Made by a program: the position numbers and the translations under genes. The notes under the pieces are model-generated. The model was not told the origin of the DNA. It searched no databases and worked only from the letters and a program-made list of their open reading frames with translations. Of a stretch of DNA of 59,964 nucleotides, positions 48,845 to 58,560 are shown piece after piece (positions within the stretch are counted from its first letter, which is position 1; each line of letters begins with the position of its first letter). Where the stretch lies: positions 1-59,964 of the IMG/VR virus record IMGVR_UViG_3300031669_000026. One strand, written 5' to 3'. Origin of the DNA: a virus (Duplodnaviria > Caudoviricetes).

Positions 48845-49009
48845 TAGTTAAAAGGTTACATTAGGCTACAGAGATATTTGGAAGGCAAAGCGAGTAAAGC
48901 TACTAGAGTTACTGGAAAAGAGGCTACAGAGCCAGATTTGGCGGAATTTAAATAGGTTTGTGAGCCAGCAAAGGCTCTTATTCTACAGTGTTTTTAAGCC
49001 AGAAAAAAT

Positions 49010-49038
49010 TTGACTTCTTTATAGGTTTATGGTATAAT
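49010..49038 (+). promoter_or_regulatory. Sigma70-type early promoter P5
   Basis: TTGACT-N17-TATAAT GTAGTTAAAT with an extended TG. Confidence 0.8.
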
Positions 49039-49074
49039 GTAGTTAAATAATAAACCTAACCAGAAGGAGGATTG

Positions 49075-49224
49075 ATGATGGCATGGTTACAAGTATATTG
49101 TCCTAAATGTAAAAAGAAGCATCTATCCCATAAATCAATCATTAAACGGTTGTTGGTGGGATCAGTTTATAAATGTCCTGCTTGTAATCATGAGTTTGGA
49201 ATAAGAACCAGGGAACCGAAGTGA
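49075..49224 (+). CDS. Small zinc-ribbon protein (not in the ORF track)
   Basis: AAGGAGG RBS; CPKC..CPAC. Confidence 0.6.
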   Translation: MMAWLQVYCPKCKKKHLSHKSIIKRLLVGSVYKCPACNHEFGIRTREPK

Positions 49225-49273
49225 TTGTTGTCAAAATTTAAGAAAGGTAATCTTATTAAATAAGGGAGAAATT

Positions 49274-49468
49274 ATGGATAATGAAGAATGGAATGAGGAA
49301 TTGTTGCAAATTTTGGACATTGAAGAAACATTGGCAGATGAAGCCAAAAAAAGAGAAGATGAAGAATTAAAGCGTAATTATGCAATTATTACTTCTCGAC
49401 ATATAAAATTTAAAGATAATGATGATACTTATTGTGGAGTACCTAGAATTTTTCGAGAGGATAATTAA
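49274..49468 (+). CDS. Small acidic hypothetical protein
   Basis: AGGGAG RBS. Confidence 0.5.
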   Translation: MDNEEWNEELLQILDIEETLADEAKKREDEELKRNYAIITSRHIKFKDNDDTYCGVPRIFREDN

Positions 49469-49469
49469 A

Positions 49470-49655
49470 ATGAAATATAATGATTTGACTCTAGACCAAA
49501 GGATTTCACTTAAAGGAGAATTTGAAACAAATCCTGATTGTGTTTGTTTTAAAGCGATTATGCTTTTTTGGGGATTTATTGATGCAGTTGAATACTTTTT
49601 AAACGATGACATATCAATACTAAGAAATAAAATATTTGAAAATTGGTATATCTGA
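49470..49655 (+). CDS. Hypothetical protein
   Basis: GAGG RBS before ATG 49470. Confidence 0.4.
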   Translation: MKYNDLTLDQRISLKGEFETNPDCVCFKAIMLFWGFIDAVEYFLNDDISILRNKIFENWYI

Positions 49656-49863
49656 AGGAGCTATTTTGATAATACCATCCGAAGGAGTTTTGAGAATATT
49701 AAAAAGCTGGCGGATTAAACATGGTTATCAGGAAATGAAATTCAGACAGTCGGCAATTACCATTGCTAAGAATTATGGAGCTTTTGGCATCGAAAATTAT
49801 TTAAGAGCTATTTCAGATAATCAATATAATGAATTATTGAATGATTGGTGTGGGACAAGGTAA
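49636..49863 (+). CDS. Hypothetical protein
   Basis: Overlapping ORF within the operon. Confidence 0.4.
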   Translation: MKIGISEGAILIIPSEGVLRILKSWRIKHGYQEMKFRQSAITIAKNYGAFGIENYLRAISDNQYNELLNDWCGTR

Positions 49864-49865
49864 AT

Positions 49866-50903
49866 ATGTTGCCAGAAAAGTTTAAGTTAATATTTGAGAC
49901 TGTTGCGGGTTCTTATTTATATGGAACTAATACACCTAGTTCGGATTTAGATATTCGTGGAGTATTTATACCTACAGAAGAATATTTTTTAGGGTTGAAC
50001 AATGTGGAGCAGTATGAGAATAAAAAAGATGATATTACTTATTGGGAAATTAAAAAGTTTTTGAGATTGGCACTAGATTGTAACCCCAATATAATTGAGT
50101 TGTTATTTATTCCAGATAATATTTGGATAAGGAGTACAAAGGAGTGGGAGAGTATTATAGAGAATCGTCAATATTTTTTATCAAAGAAAGCCAGGTGGAC
50201 TTTTTCCGGATATGCGTTCTCACAATTGAATAGAATAAAAAAGCACCGACAATGGTTATTAAACCCACCTAAAGAACAACCCAAAAGAGAGTATTTTAAA
50301 TTACCAAAGGATCGATCCTTAGTTCCCAAAGAGCAGTTGGGTGCTTTTAATAAATTGTTGTCAATGTATTTAGAAGATATTGGACAATTCCATCCTCTCA
50401 AGGAGCAGTTAGATGAGATGACTGAAACCAGAGATTTTTTAGGAATTGTTCAAAGTATGAAAGAGATTGATTTGTCTGTGGTTAGAAACATAATGCCCGT
50501 GAGTGATAATTTATTGGAGATTTTAGATAAAGAGAAAAGATATGCACAAGCCCAAAGAGAGTGGAGTCAATATCAAAATTGGAAGAAGAGTAGAAATCCA
50601 GAGAGGGCTATGCTGGAAGAGAAGTATGGGTTTGATACTAAACATGGCGGTCATTTATATCGTCTGTTAACAGAGGGTGAAGAATTAATGACTTTAGGTC
50701 GTATAACATTTCCCAGACCTGATGCAGAGTTTATATTAAAGATTAGGAATGGAGAATACGATTATGAAGATTTGTTAGATATTGTTGGAGATATTGATAA
50801 AACCTTTGAAAATTTATACGAGCATTCTGATTTACCTTATACTTCAAACAAAAAGAAGATTGATGAGTTGTGCGTAAAAATAGTAAAAAATTATTTATTT
50901 TAA
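49866..50903 (+). CDS. Pol-beta-superfamily nucleotidyltransferase (YcgL/RlaP-like)
   Basis: GSYLYGTNTPSSDLDIRGVF, NPNIIELLF, K.G.DTKH..HLYRL. Confidence 0.88.
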   Translation: MLPEKFKLIFETVAGSYLYGTNTPSSDLDIRGVFIPTEEYFLGLNNVEQYENKKDDITYWEIKKFLRLALDCNPNIIELLFIPDNIWIRSTKEWESIIENRQYFLSKKARWTFSGYAFSQLNRIKKHRQWLLNPPKEQPKREYFKLPKDRSLVPKEQLGAFNKLLSMYLEDIGQFHPLKEQLDEMTETRDFLGIVQSMKEIDLSVVRNIMPVSDNLLEILDKEKRYAQAQREWSQYQNWKKSRNPERAMLEEKYGFDTKHGGHLYRLLTEGEELMTLGRITFPRPDAEFILKIRNGEYDYEDLLDIVGDIDKTFENLYEHSDLPYTSNKKKIDELCVKIVKNYLF

Positions 50904-50912
50904 GGAGGGCAA

Positions 50913-51104
50913 ATGATAAAATATTTTTTAATACCAACTTGGCTGATATATTTAGTATTAAAAAGAATGTTTCCGAAAAAGCATGTTTGGTACGATAGAA
51001 ATTTTAGTTTAGAACAATGGAGTACAGGCGCTACCCTGTTTACTTTGTTTGTATCTTTAGTTTTGTGGCTTGATTGTGTAGGCTTGTTAATATTACAGAT
51101 TTGA
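50913..51104 (+). CDS. Small membrane protein
   Basis: Two hydrophobic segments; AGGAGG RBS. Confidence 0.55.
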   Translation: MIKYFLIPTWLIYLVLKRMFPKKHVWYDRNFSLEQWSTGATLFTLFVSLVLWLDCVGLLILQI

Positions 51105-51119
51105 AGAAGAGAGAAGTGT

Positions 51120-51254
51120 TTAACTTAATTATTACTTTTTAACAATCAATAATTAACTTAACTTTTTTAAAGCTATTTCATAATTAAGTTAATTTTTATA
51201 CATCTTTTAAGAATTTAAGTTAAAAATTTTGTTAATTTTCAAAAATTAACTTAA
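51120..51254. repeat. Five TTAASTTAA pseudo-palindromes phased at 31-33 bp (candidate origin)
   Basis: Copies start at 51120, 51153, 51184, 51215 and 51246 in an ORF-free AT-rich gap. Confidence 0.7.
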
Positions 51255-51425
51255 TTCTTGAAGGGTGCTAAAGAGTGTTTTTTATAGATATTATAGCGAT
51301 GAGGGAAATATAGGGGAATAACTATAAATGCTGTATAGTAGAATAGTACTAATACTAGTACTAATATTTGTATTCTTCTTAAAAGAATGAATGAAAGTAA
51401 TAAAAGAATTGAAAAGGGAATTTTT

Positions 51426-52136
51426 ATGGAAATTAATTTAGAACAAATTAAAGAGAAAATTGAAAGACGAATAAAAAATAGATTGGAAAAAATAGATTGG
51501 GAAATTGTTTTCGGATTAACTGAATTTTATATAGCTGGAAATTCACTTAATATTGGAAAACCTAACGACCTTGATTTATTTCCAATTAGGAAAAATGATT
51601 TTATAAAAATTAAAGATTTGGTTTTTAAGAACAAATTTTCTATAAAATCTTCAACAAAAAATGCATTAACTATAAAACATAAGGATAGAATAATTCAATT
51701 CTGTAATTATCATTTTGATAGTTTGGAAGAATTGGTAGAATCTTTTGATTTTTCCCATATTAAAATAGGTGCAAAAATATTTTGCAATAATGGAAAGATT
51801 TTTTCAAATGATATGTACATGTCTTCGGATTATATAGAATCTCAGGTTGTAGGAAGAACATGGTTTACTGGGAGTTCATATCCGTTGTCGTCCTTAATGC
51901 GGCTATTTAAGTATTATAAAAATGAGGATGGAGTGTTCCGACAACAGTTTATCTACGAGAGTATTAAAATATTAAATCAGATTATTTCTAGGGGAATGTA
52001 TAGCTATAAAGACTTTAAAGAACAATTAGATGCGGTTGATTTAGGATTGGTTCCGGAAGATTTTAAAGAATTAACTAAAAACAATGATGTATTATCTGAA
52101 TTGTTTTCCCTTCTTAAAAGAGGTGATAACAAGTGA
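51426..52136 (+). CDS. Nucleotidyltransferase-like protein (CCA/poly(A)-polymerase head-like)
   Basis: IAGNSL..NDLDLF, FDFSH, SLMRLFKY; likely start 51426 (track start 51387). Confidence 0.6.
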   Translation: MEINLEQIKEKIERRIKNRLEKIDWEIVFGLTEFYIAGNSLNIGKPNDLDLFPIRKNDFIKIKDLVFKNKFSIKSSTKNALTIKHKDRIIQFCNYHFDSLEELVESFDFSHIKIGAKIFCNNGKIFSNDMYMSSDYIESQVVGRTWFTGSSYPLSSLMRLFKYYKNEDGVFRQQFIYESIKILNQIISRGMYSYKDFKEQLDAVDLGLVPEDFKELTKNNDVLSELFSLLKRGDNK

Positions 52137-53242
52137 GAATTCTGAAAAAAATGGTTGTCACTCCATTGGCAATTAGTTGTATGAATGATGGTGTTTATAC
52201 ATTATCAGACCGAATACGCAAGAAGGTTTTTAATAATTATGATGATGTTTGTATCTTATGTGAGGAAAGATGGAAACAATTTGCAGTATGGGATTCAAAT
52301 ATCAAAAAACCAAGTTGGACGAAAAGTGAAAAATCTGAAGTACGTTTGGAAAATATGTATCGATTGGGAATGGCATTGGATCAGTTAAATAATCCAAAAC
52401 GAGAAGATGATTATATATATTCTTCTATTTTCCAATCTGATTCAGAATCTATTTCCAAAGGTTTAAAATTTTTACATAGTGTAAAGTATCTTAAAGCATG
52501 GGAATCTTTTTATGAAAAAATAACAGTATTTGGTTCTTATGAAAAAATATTTTTATCTGTTACTCAATTGTATGAAGAATATATTCATTTCTGTACGGAA
52601 GTTTTACAAAAAAAGCCTTTTATGAAATCAATACAAATGATTTCTGGAAGTTATGAATATTCAGATTTTGGTCCTTTGTTGAACTCCGCAGTTTGGTGTA
52701 TTAGATATGAAATTGATCCATCAGTTTATGTAAAAGTTATGTATGATGCTTTTATGGTTTTTCAAGAACAAAAACAAGGTGATGCGGGAGGTTTATATTT
52801 TTCTACTAAACACATTGGAAGCACCTCTCAAGTAAGGCCATCAGTTAAAAAGTTTAAAATGCATGATGAAAAAGTTCACCCATGGAAGGAGATAATTCAA
52901 TTTTTGGGTTTAAATGAAAACATAAAAATTGAATGTATAAGAGGAATTCCATTAGGATTCAATCTTGCAAAAAATCATGAAGCAAGTGGAGGAAGCTTAA
53001 AAGATATAATACTTATTCATGATAGTAGTTATTGGGCGAAAGGTATTAACTATGAAGCTTGTTTTCAATTTAATGATAATTCTGCTTTTGCACTTTATGT
53101 GACGCCAGAGAATTTTCACGAATTTAAAGATAAATGGTATGACGATGACCCTCAGATTCCCGATTATGAGGTTTTACGAAAAAACGGAAGTAATATTACA
53201 AGAGAAAGATATACGGCAATTAGAAAATTAATTAGGAGATAG
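52133..53242 (+). CDS. Hypothetical protein, candidate replication initiator
   Basis: Lies upstream of the helicase loader; function from position only. Confidence 0.35.
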   Translation: MRILKKMVVTPLAISCMNDGVYTLSDRIRKKVFNNYDDVCILCEERWKQFAVWDSNIKKPSWTKSEKSEVRLENMYRLGMALDQLNNPKREDDYIYSSIFQSDSESISKGLKFLHSVKYLKAWESFYEKITVFGSYEKIFLSVTQLYEEYIHFCTEVLQKKPFMKSIQMISGSYEYSDFGPLLNSAVWCIRYEIDPSVYVKVMYDAFMVFQEQKQGDAGGLYFSTKHIGSTSQVRPSVKKFKMHDEKVHPWKEIIQFLGLNENIKIECIRGIPLGFNLAKNHEASGGSLKDIILIHDSSYWAKGINYEACFQFNDNSAFALYVTPENFHEFKDKWYDDDPQIPDYEVLRKNGSNITRERYTAIRKLIRR

Positions 53243-53246
53243 GATT

Positions 53247-53480
53247 ATGAAAACATTAAATGCAATAATAGAAGATACTAACGATAACGATGACAGTTAT
53301 CCAACTACGACCCCGTGGTGGTGCAGCGGTGATTGTTTGTTATTAGGTTGCTTGTTTAATGATAATTTAGTTTGCATGAAAAAGAAAAAAGATGAGTTTG
53401 CTACTTGTGATTTTGAATTACCAATTGCAATTAATTGTAGATTCAAGTTGATGAATGAAAATGAAGATGAAGAAAGATAA
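53247..53480 (+). CDS. Small Cys-rich hypothetical protein
   Basis: AGGA RBS; six Cys. Confidence 0.4.
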   Translation: MKTLNAIIEDTNDNDDSYPTTTPWWCSGDCLLLGCLFNDNLVCMKKKKDEFATCDFELPIAINCRFKLMNENEDEER

Positions 53481-53535
53481 TGAAAATGTAAACATATACG
53501 GGCGTCATGCGCAAGAAATAGAGTAGGAGATATTA

Positions 53536-54312
53536 ATGAATGATGATAGGGCTATTGAACTATTAAAAAAAGATACAATAGGTCGATGTGAAAAATGCAA
53601 GAAAACAGGTTATTTGGATTATAGCCTTTGTGAATGTAATAAAAAATTCCAAGCGGGAGTAAAACTATTACTAGGAGGATTCCCTTTGGATTTATTGAGA
53701 ATGAAAAAACCAAAGGATATTTTCGATATTCAAAAAATAAACTTTTTTATAAAAAATCCTCAAGAAGTTTATGATAATGGATTAAGTTTGTATATTCATG
53801 GTCCCTTGGGAGTAGGAAAAACTTTTTGTTCTGTTTGGTTAGCAGAAGAATTTGTTAGTGCTTTTAGTCCCGAAGGTCTTTGTGAATATAAGTATGATTT
53901 GAAAGTAACTTTTATGGAAGCTTCGCAATTTGTTATGAAGTCTCGTTTGTATAATAATGAAGAATTAAAAGAATTTTACAAAACGTTTGATAGTAATTTG
54001 TTTGTATTGGATGATTTAAGTAATGAATATAAATCCCAGGCAAATCCGCAGTATGTTGATAAGCTGTATGAAATGTTTTTACGTCATAGAATATCACATT
54101 GTTTGGCTACAATTATTACTTCCAATGTTAAACCTTCTGATGTAGAAAACAAGTATAATGAAAAAATAGCATCTTTAATGGGAATAAAACAGACAAAAAT
54201 TGATTTTGAAATGGCGGGGAGATTTGCAGAAGTTCAATTAGAGGGACCTGATTGTAGGAAAATAAAAGAAATAACACAGAATATTGCTTGGGGAGAACAA
54301 GTGAAACTATAG
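53536..54312 (+). CDS. DnaC/IstB-like helicase loader ATPase
   Basis: CxxC..CxC, GPLGVGKT, LFVLDDL, R......TIITSN. Confidence 0.85.
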   Translation: MNDDRAIELLKKDTIGRCEKCKKTGYLDYSLCECNKKFQAGVKLLLGGFPLDLLRMKKPKDIFDIQKINFFIKNPQEVYDNGLSLYIHGPLGVGKTFCSVWLAEEFVSAFSPEGLCEYKYDLKVTFMEASQFVMKSRLYNNEELKEFYKTFDSNLFVLDDLSNEYKSQANPQYVDKLYEMFLRHRISHCLATIITSNVKPSDVENKYNEKIASLMGIKQTKIDFEMAGRFAEVQLEGPDCRKIKEITQNIAWGEQVKL

Positions 54313-54370
54313 ACTCATTGGTATTGTAGATTTTTTTCAAAAAGGATAAAAAAAAAGAAAGGAGATTGGG

Positions 54371-55594
54371 ATGGAACCTAGATTTGGTGATTATTTACCT
54401 GTTGAAATTTATAAAGTTTTGAAAGAAGTTGGGTTTAATGGTGATCCAGGGAATTATATTTATGTTTACCTTTCAAATCCTATGAACACCGTTATGCTGT
54501 CTCATTTTGATTTTGTAAAGTCTCGTTGTGATCTTTGTAGATTTAATAATAGTAAGCAAAGAATGTCAGGATTGTACGAGTTGAAGTTTAAAGATTCAAT
54601 TGGGAATTGTAGTTTGTGTATATTATATTTTAATATGGATTATTTAAGTGGCCGACAACATCAGAATTTTTGTGGGTTGTTAATTCAGAAGAGTTATCAA
54701 GAACAATCTTTTAAAACATTAGCTAATTTGTATATAAAGTATGGTGGTTGTAGAGAACCAGAGACTACAGTGAGAGATTTATCTTGGGATAGGATTTTTT
54801 TAAATAAGGATTTGAAAGATGAGTTGAAGAAAGATTTCGAAAGTTTTTTGAAGAGTAGAGAATTTTATAATAAGGAATTGAAGTTACCGTGGAAAAGAGG
54901 CTATATGTTTTATGGTCCTCCAGGTAATGGAAAAACATTATTGATTAAAACACTAGCAAAAGTTTATGATCTCCACACTTATGATATGAAATGTGCATGT
55001 CGAAACGGGGAACTCTTCATAGAAGAACATAGAACTATGGATCCATTTAAAAGTATTCATGATTATGTTTATCCCGAGGATATAAAACCAACTATTTATT
55101 ATATTGAGGATATTGATAAGTTTACAACAGGTACAGGAACAGAGGATGCCGCCACAGTGAAGTTACATAATTTGGTAAAGGGTTTGGATGGTGTTGTTGA
55201 TATAGATGATGTGATTGTTATAGCGACAACTAATGAAATGAATTCTTTGTGTGAGGCGCTTGCAAACAGACCAGGTAGATTTGATGTGATAAGGGAGATA
55301 GGCCATCCAGATGTAAAAGCAATTAAAAGTCTTTTTAAATATTATGAATTTGAAGTTATAGATGATTTGGTTTGTTCTATGGTCGAAGATAAGTTTACAA
55401 TGGCTTACGCAGAGGAGTTTGTAAAAGTTGCAAAAACTCGTTATTATAAGATTAATTTAAATAGTGATGAGCTTAATAATTTATACAATGAAATAAAAAA
55501 CCATATTAAAAAATTTGAACGAAATTTCAAAGATATAAATAGTAATGTTGGATTTAGAGAACATTATATTACAGATGCAAATGGTGCGGACTAG
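54371..55594 (+). CDS. AAA+ ATPase (BCS1/FtsH-like clade)
   Basis: PWKRGYMFYGPPGNGKT, IEDID, LDG, ATTN..AL..RPGRFD. Confidence 0.9.
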   Translation: MEPRFGDYLPVEIYKVLKEVGFNGDPGNYIYVYLSNPMNTVMLSHFDFVKSRCDLCRFNNSKQRMSGLYELKFKDSIGNCSLCILYFNMDYLSGRQHQNFCGLLIQKSYQEQSFKTLANLYIKYGGCREPETTVRDLSWDRIFLNKDLKDELKKDFESFLKSREFYNKELKLPWKRGYMFYGPPGNGKTLLIKTLAKVYDLHTYDMKCACRNGELFIEEHRTMDPFKSIHDYVYPEDIKPTIYYIEDIDKFTTGTGTEDAATVKLHNLVKGLDGVVDIDDVIVIATTNEMNSLCEALANRPGRFDVIREIGHPDVKAIKSLFKYYEFEVIDDLVCSMVEDKFTMAYAEEFVKVAKTRYYKINLNSDELNNLYNEIKNHIKKFERNFKDINSNVGFREHYITDANGAD

Positions 55595-55619
55595 CATTTT
55601 GAGAGAAAATGAGGTATTA

Positions 55620-56936
55620 ATGAAATTTTCACAAGAATTAGAATTTGAATTTTTTGCGAGATTGTTGCAAGATGCTGATTATATTGAAAGTTATTCAGAA
55701 CAATTAAAAAAATACAAAGGTTTGTCATTTCCAATTGAATGGATTCGCATAGAAATTTTGAAATGGAATAAGGATTACAAGGGGTTGCCGCCAAATGAAT
55801 ATTGGGCATTTAAAGCGGAAAATGAATTACAGGAAGATAAAAGAAAAATTATTTTATCTACTATAGAAACCCTTTTAAATCATGAGAAAAAATTTGAGGA
55901 ATTTGCAAAAGATCAATTTATAGACTTCATTTGTTCTCAAAGTTTGGAAAAATCATACGAAGAAGGAAAGGATTTATTTCAAAGAACTCTGGATGTTAAT
56001 TTATTTTTTTCCAAAATAACAGAAGGATTGGTTGATTCGGAAAGATTAAGATATGGTAAAAATCCGGATAGAGTAGTTGATTGGTTGGAGCAACGTCCAA
56101 AAAGAGAGTCACGAAGAGGATTGATTTCTGAGGGTTTGAAACTTGGAATTCCATTGTTAGATGATCAGCTAACTTTTAAAAGAGGAACACTTAGTTTATT
56201 TCAGGGTCCTTATAAAAGATATAAATCTATTATGCTTCATCATTGTGGATTTGCTGCATTGTTGCAAGGATATAACGTATTGCATGTGAGTTATGAAAAT
56301 ACAGAGCAACAGGTTGGCGATAGATATGATTCTCGTTTTACTATGATCGATTACAAAAGAATGGTTAGAAATTTAATTTCTATAGAAGAAAAAGAATTAA
56401 TGGAAACTGTTTTTGAAAGATTAGAAAAATTACCAAATAGATTAAAAATTCAATTATGTGTTCCGTATGAAGATAATATCGATGTGGTAGAAAAAGGAAT
56501 TATTAAACTTAAAAATGTTCATAGCTGGGCGCCTGATGTAGTAATTTTGGATTATATTAATCTTCCCGCTTGTAAAAAGAAAGATATTGAAGATGATTAC
56601 AAACGCATAGAACTTGTTTGTTGGGATCTGCAAAATCTTGGAAAATTGAAAGATATGGTAATGATATCTGCTTGTCAATCTGTTAAAGGTGCAGAAGATG
56701 AAAACGATTTAAAAGGTTCAGATACAGCAGGTTCTGTTGGAATTTTAAGAGCTTGTGATAATCAAATAGCTATTAATCAGACAGATGAAGAGTTTAAGCA
56801 AGGAATTATTAGATTATCGCCAGTATTTTTTCGAGACGATGAGTTAATAACAAAAAATATCCCTATGAATCATGAATTAACACGAATGTGTGTGTCTCGT
56901 GAAAGTGATAATTTGTGGAGAGAATTGGAAGATTAA
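55620..56936 (+). CDS. DnaB-like replicative helicase
   Basis: G...LD..L, GPYKRYKS (variant Walker A), VSYEN, VILDYINL, SACQ; GAGGT RBS before ATG 55620. Confidence 0.8.
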   Translation: MKFSQELEFEFFARLLQDADYIESYSEQLKKYKGLSFPIEWIRIEILKWNKDYKGLPPNEYWAFKAENELQEDKRKIILSTIETLLNHEKKFEEFAKDQFIDFICSQSLEKSYEEGKDLFQRTLDVNLFFSKITEGLVDSERLRYGKNPDRVVDWLEQRPKRESRRGLISEGLKLGIPLLDDQLTFKRGTLSLFQGPYKRYKSIMLHHCGFAALLQGYNVLHVSYENTEQQVGDRYDSRFTMIDYKRMVRNLISIEEKELMETVFERLEKLPNRLKIQLCVPYEDNIDVVEKGIIKLKNVHSWAPDVVILDYINLPACKKKDIEDDYKRIELVCWDLQNLGKLKDMVMISACQSVKGAEDENDLKGSDTAGSVGILRACDNQIAINQTDEEFKQGIIRLSPVFFRDDELITKNIPMNHELTRMCVSRESDNLWRELED

Positions 56937-56975
56937 ACTATTAAGGCCGCAAAAATAAACCTTAAGGATTCAATA

Positions 56976-57827
56976 ATGATCGATATTAGAACCTATATTT
57001 TAATAAATTTTCCAGAAGGACGAGAGCGTAAGGGAGGGGAAGAAATAATGATAAAATGCCCATTCCATGAAGAAACTATGCCATCTCTATCAATTAATTT
57101 AGAATCTGGAATCTGGAGATGTTTTGGCTGTAATAAAAGGGGAAATTTTACTGCATTATACAAATATTTTGAGAAAGTTTCTTGGAGAGAGGCAAAAGAG
57201 AAATGTTCTGGTATTTATTATGAAAAAAGTGACAAAGAGAAAAAATTAGTTAATATCAAATTGCCCGAAGGATTGATATCTTGTAGGATAAAAATATCTC
57301 CGTATCTGAAATCCAGGGGTTTTTCAGCAGAAGATTTAGAGCCTTTTGATGTTTTTTGGAAATTTTCTAATTTTATGGTATATTTTCCTATTTATGAACA
57401 AAATGGAAAATTGATAAGTTACGCAAGTAGAAAAGCTTCTGGAAGAGATTATTATTATCCGAGTGAAAGTCCTCACATGAATTATCTGTATGGTGAGAAT
57501 TTAAAATTGAAAGATAAGGTTTTTATAGTAGAGGGAGTATTGGATGCAATTTCAGTCAATAGGGCGGGATTTAGTGCATTGGCAACATTTACAAAACAAT
57601 TTTCAGGATCGCAATTGAACAGATTAAAAGATTTTATAAAAAATGGAAGATGTAAAGAATATGTTATTATGTTAGATGCAGATGCAGAAGAACAATCTGA
57701 TTTGTTACAGTATCAATTATTGTTGATGGGTTGTAAAACAGACCAGATAAAATTAGAAATTGGAGATCCTGGTGAAAAAAGTATTGAAGAAATAAGGGAT
57801 TTGACATTCTCGAATAATACGTTATAG
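56976..57827 (+). CDS. DnaG-type primase (CHC2 zinc finger + TOPRIM)
   Basis: CPFHEE..PSL..CFGC; IVEGVLDAI; MLDADA; DPG. Confidence 0.9.
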   Translation: MIDIRTYILINFPEGRERKGGEEIMIKCPFHEETMPSLSINLESGIWRCFGCNKRGNFTALYKYFEKVSWREAKEKCSGIYYEKSDKEKKLVNIKLPEGLISCRIKISPYLKSRGFSAEDLEPFDVFWKFSNFMVYFPIYEQNGKLISYASRKASGRDYYYPSESPHMNYLYGENLKLKDKVFIVEGVLDAISVNRAGFSALATFTKQFSGSQLNRLKDFIKNGRCKEYVIMLDADAEEQSDLLQYQLLLMGCKTDQIKLEIGDPGEKSIEEIRDLTFSNNTL

Positions 57828-57868
57828 TATAGAATGTAAATAAAAATAATTTTAATAAAGGAGATTTT

Positions 57869-58030
57869 ATGGGAGTTAAAAAATGTAAAAAGATGATGAA
57901 AGAATTAAGTAACTCATGTGCTTGCGGCAAACCAGGAACAGAAAGAATTGATAATGGATTGAAAGCGGGGATTCATTGTGATGTTTGCTGGGAGAAACTT
58001 ATTTCAGATTGTAGAATGCGGAGTTATTAA
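57869..58030 (+). CDS. Small Cys-rich protein (not in the ORF track)
   Basis: AAGGAG RBS; CACG..HCDVCW. Confidence 0.5.
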   Translation: MGVKKCKKMMKELSNSCACGKPGTERIDNGLKAGIHCDVCWEKLISDCRMRSY

Positions 58031-58032
58031 TA

Positions 58033-58560
58033 ATGGAAGATAATATTAAAGAGGTTTATAAGAAGTGGGAACCTTGGATTTTAAAATGGAGACGCAAATT
58101 AAATATTCCTGATTATGAAAAAGAAGATTTTATTCAAGATGTGAAGGAAAAATTGATACATGCTGCCCTGTTTTATGATGAGGATATGCCAGCTTCTTTT
58201 TCATCTTGGAGTTATCTTATTCTTCGTAATTATTTTTATAATAGAAAAAGAAACCAAAAAAATATCAAGTTTGGATTTGAGAATGATTCTTATGAAATAT
58301 ATAATTTAATAGAAAAAAAGGATATAGAGGAAAATGTTCTTGTACGCCTATCTCCAATTGCCAAAAAAGTTGCAAGCATTATGTGGGAAAAGGAGAATAA
58401 ACATTCTAAAGATTTTTATGCTACCCTTCGAAAAAATAGCAATAAAAGAAAATTATCAATAGAAAAGGAATTAAGGGATTTTTTTTCTTTGTCAAAAAAT
58501 GATTTGAAAAAAACTTATAATGAAATTAAAAAAGTTGTAAACGAGGTAACAAATGAATGA
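58033..58560 (+). CDS. Sigma-70 region 2-like phage sigma factor
   Basis: EDFIQD....L..A...YD.....FSSW.Y.ILRN. Confidence 0.65.
   Translation: MEDNIKEVYKKWEPWILKWRRKLNIPDYEKEDFIQDVKEKLIHAALFYDEDMPASFSSWSYLILRNYFYNRKRNQKNIKFGFENDSYEIYNLIEKKDIEENVLVRLSPIAKKVASIMWEKENKHSKDFYATLRKNSNKRKLSIEKELRDFFSLSKNDLKKTYNEIKKVVNEVTNE

Noticed and set aside
51120-51254. CRISPR mini-array
   Set aside because: The repeat is only 9 bp, occurs in both orientations, spacers are ~22 bp and AT-rich, and there is no cas operon.
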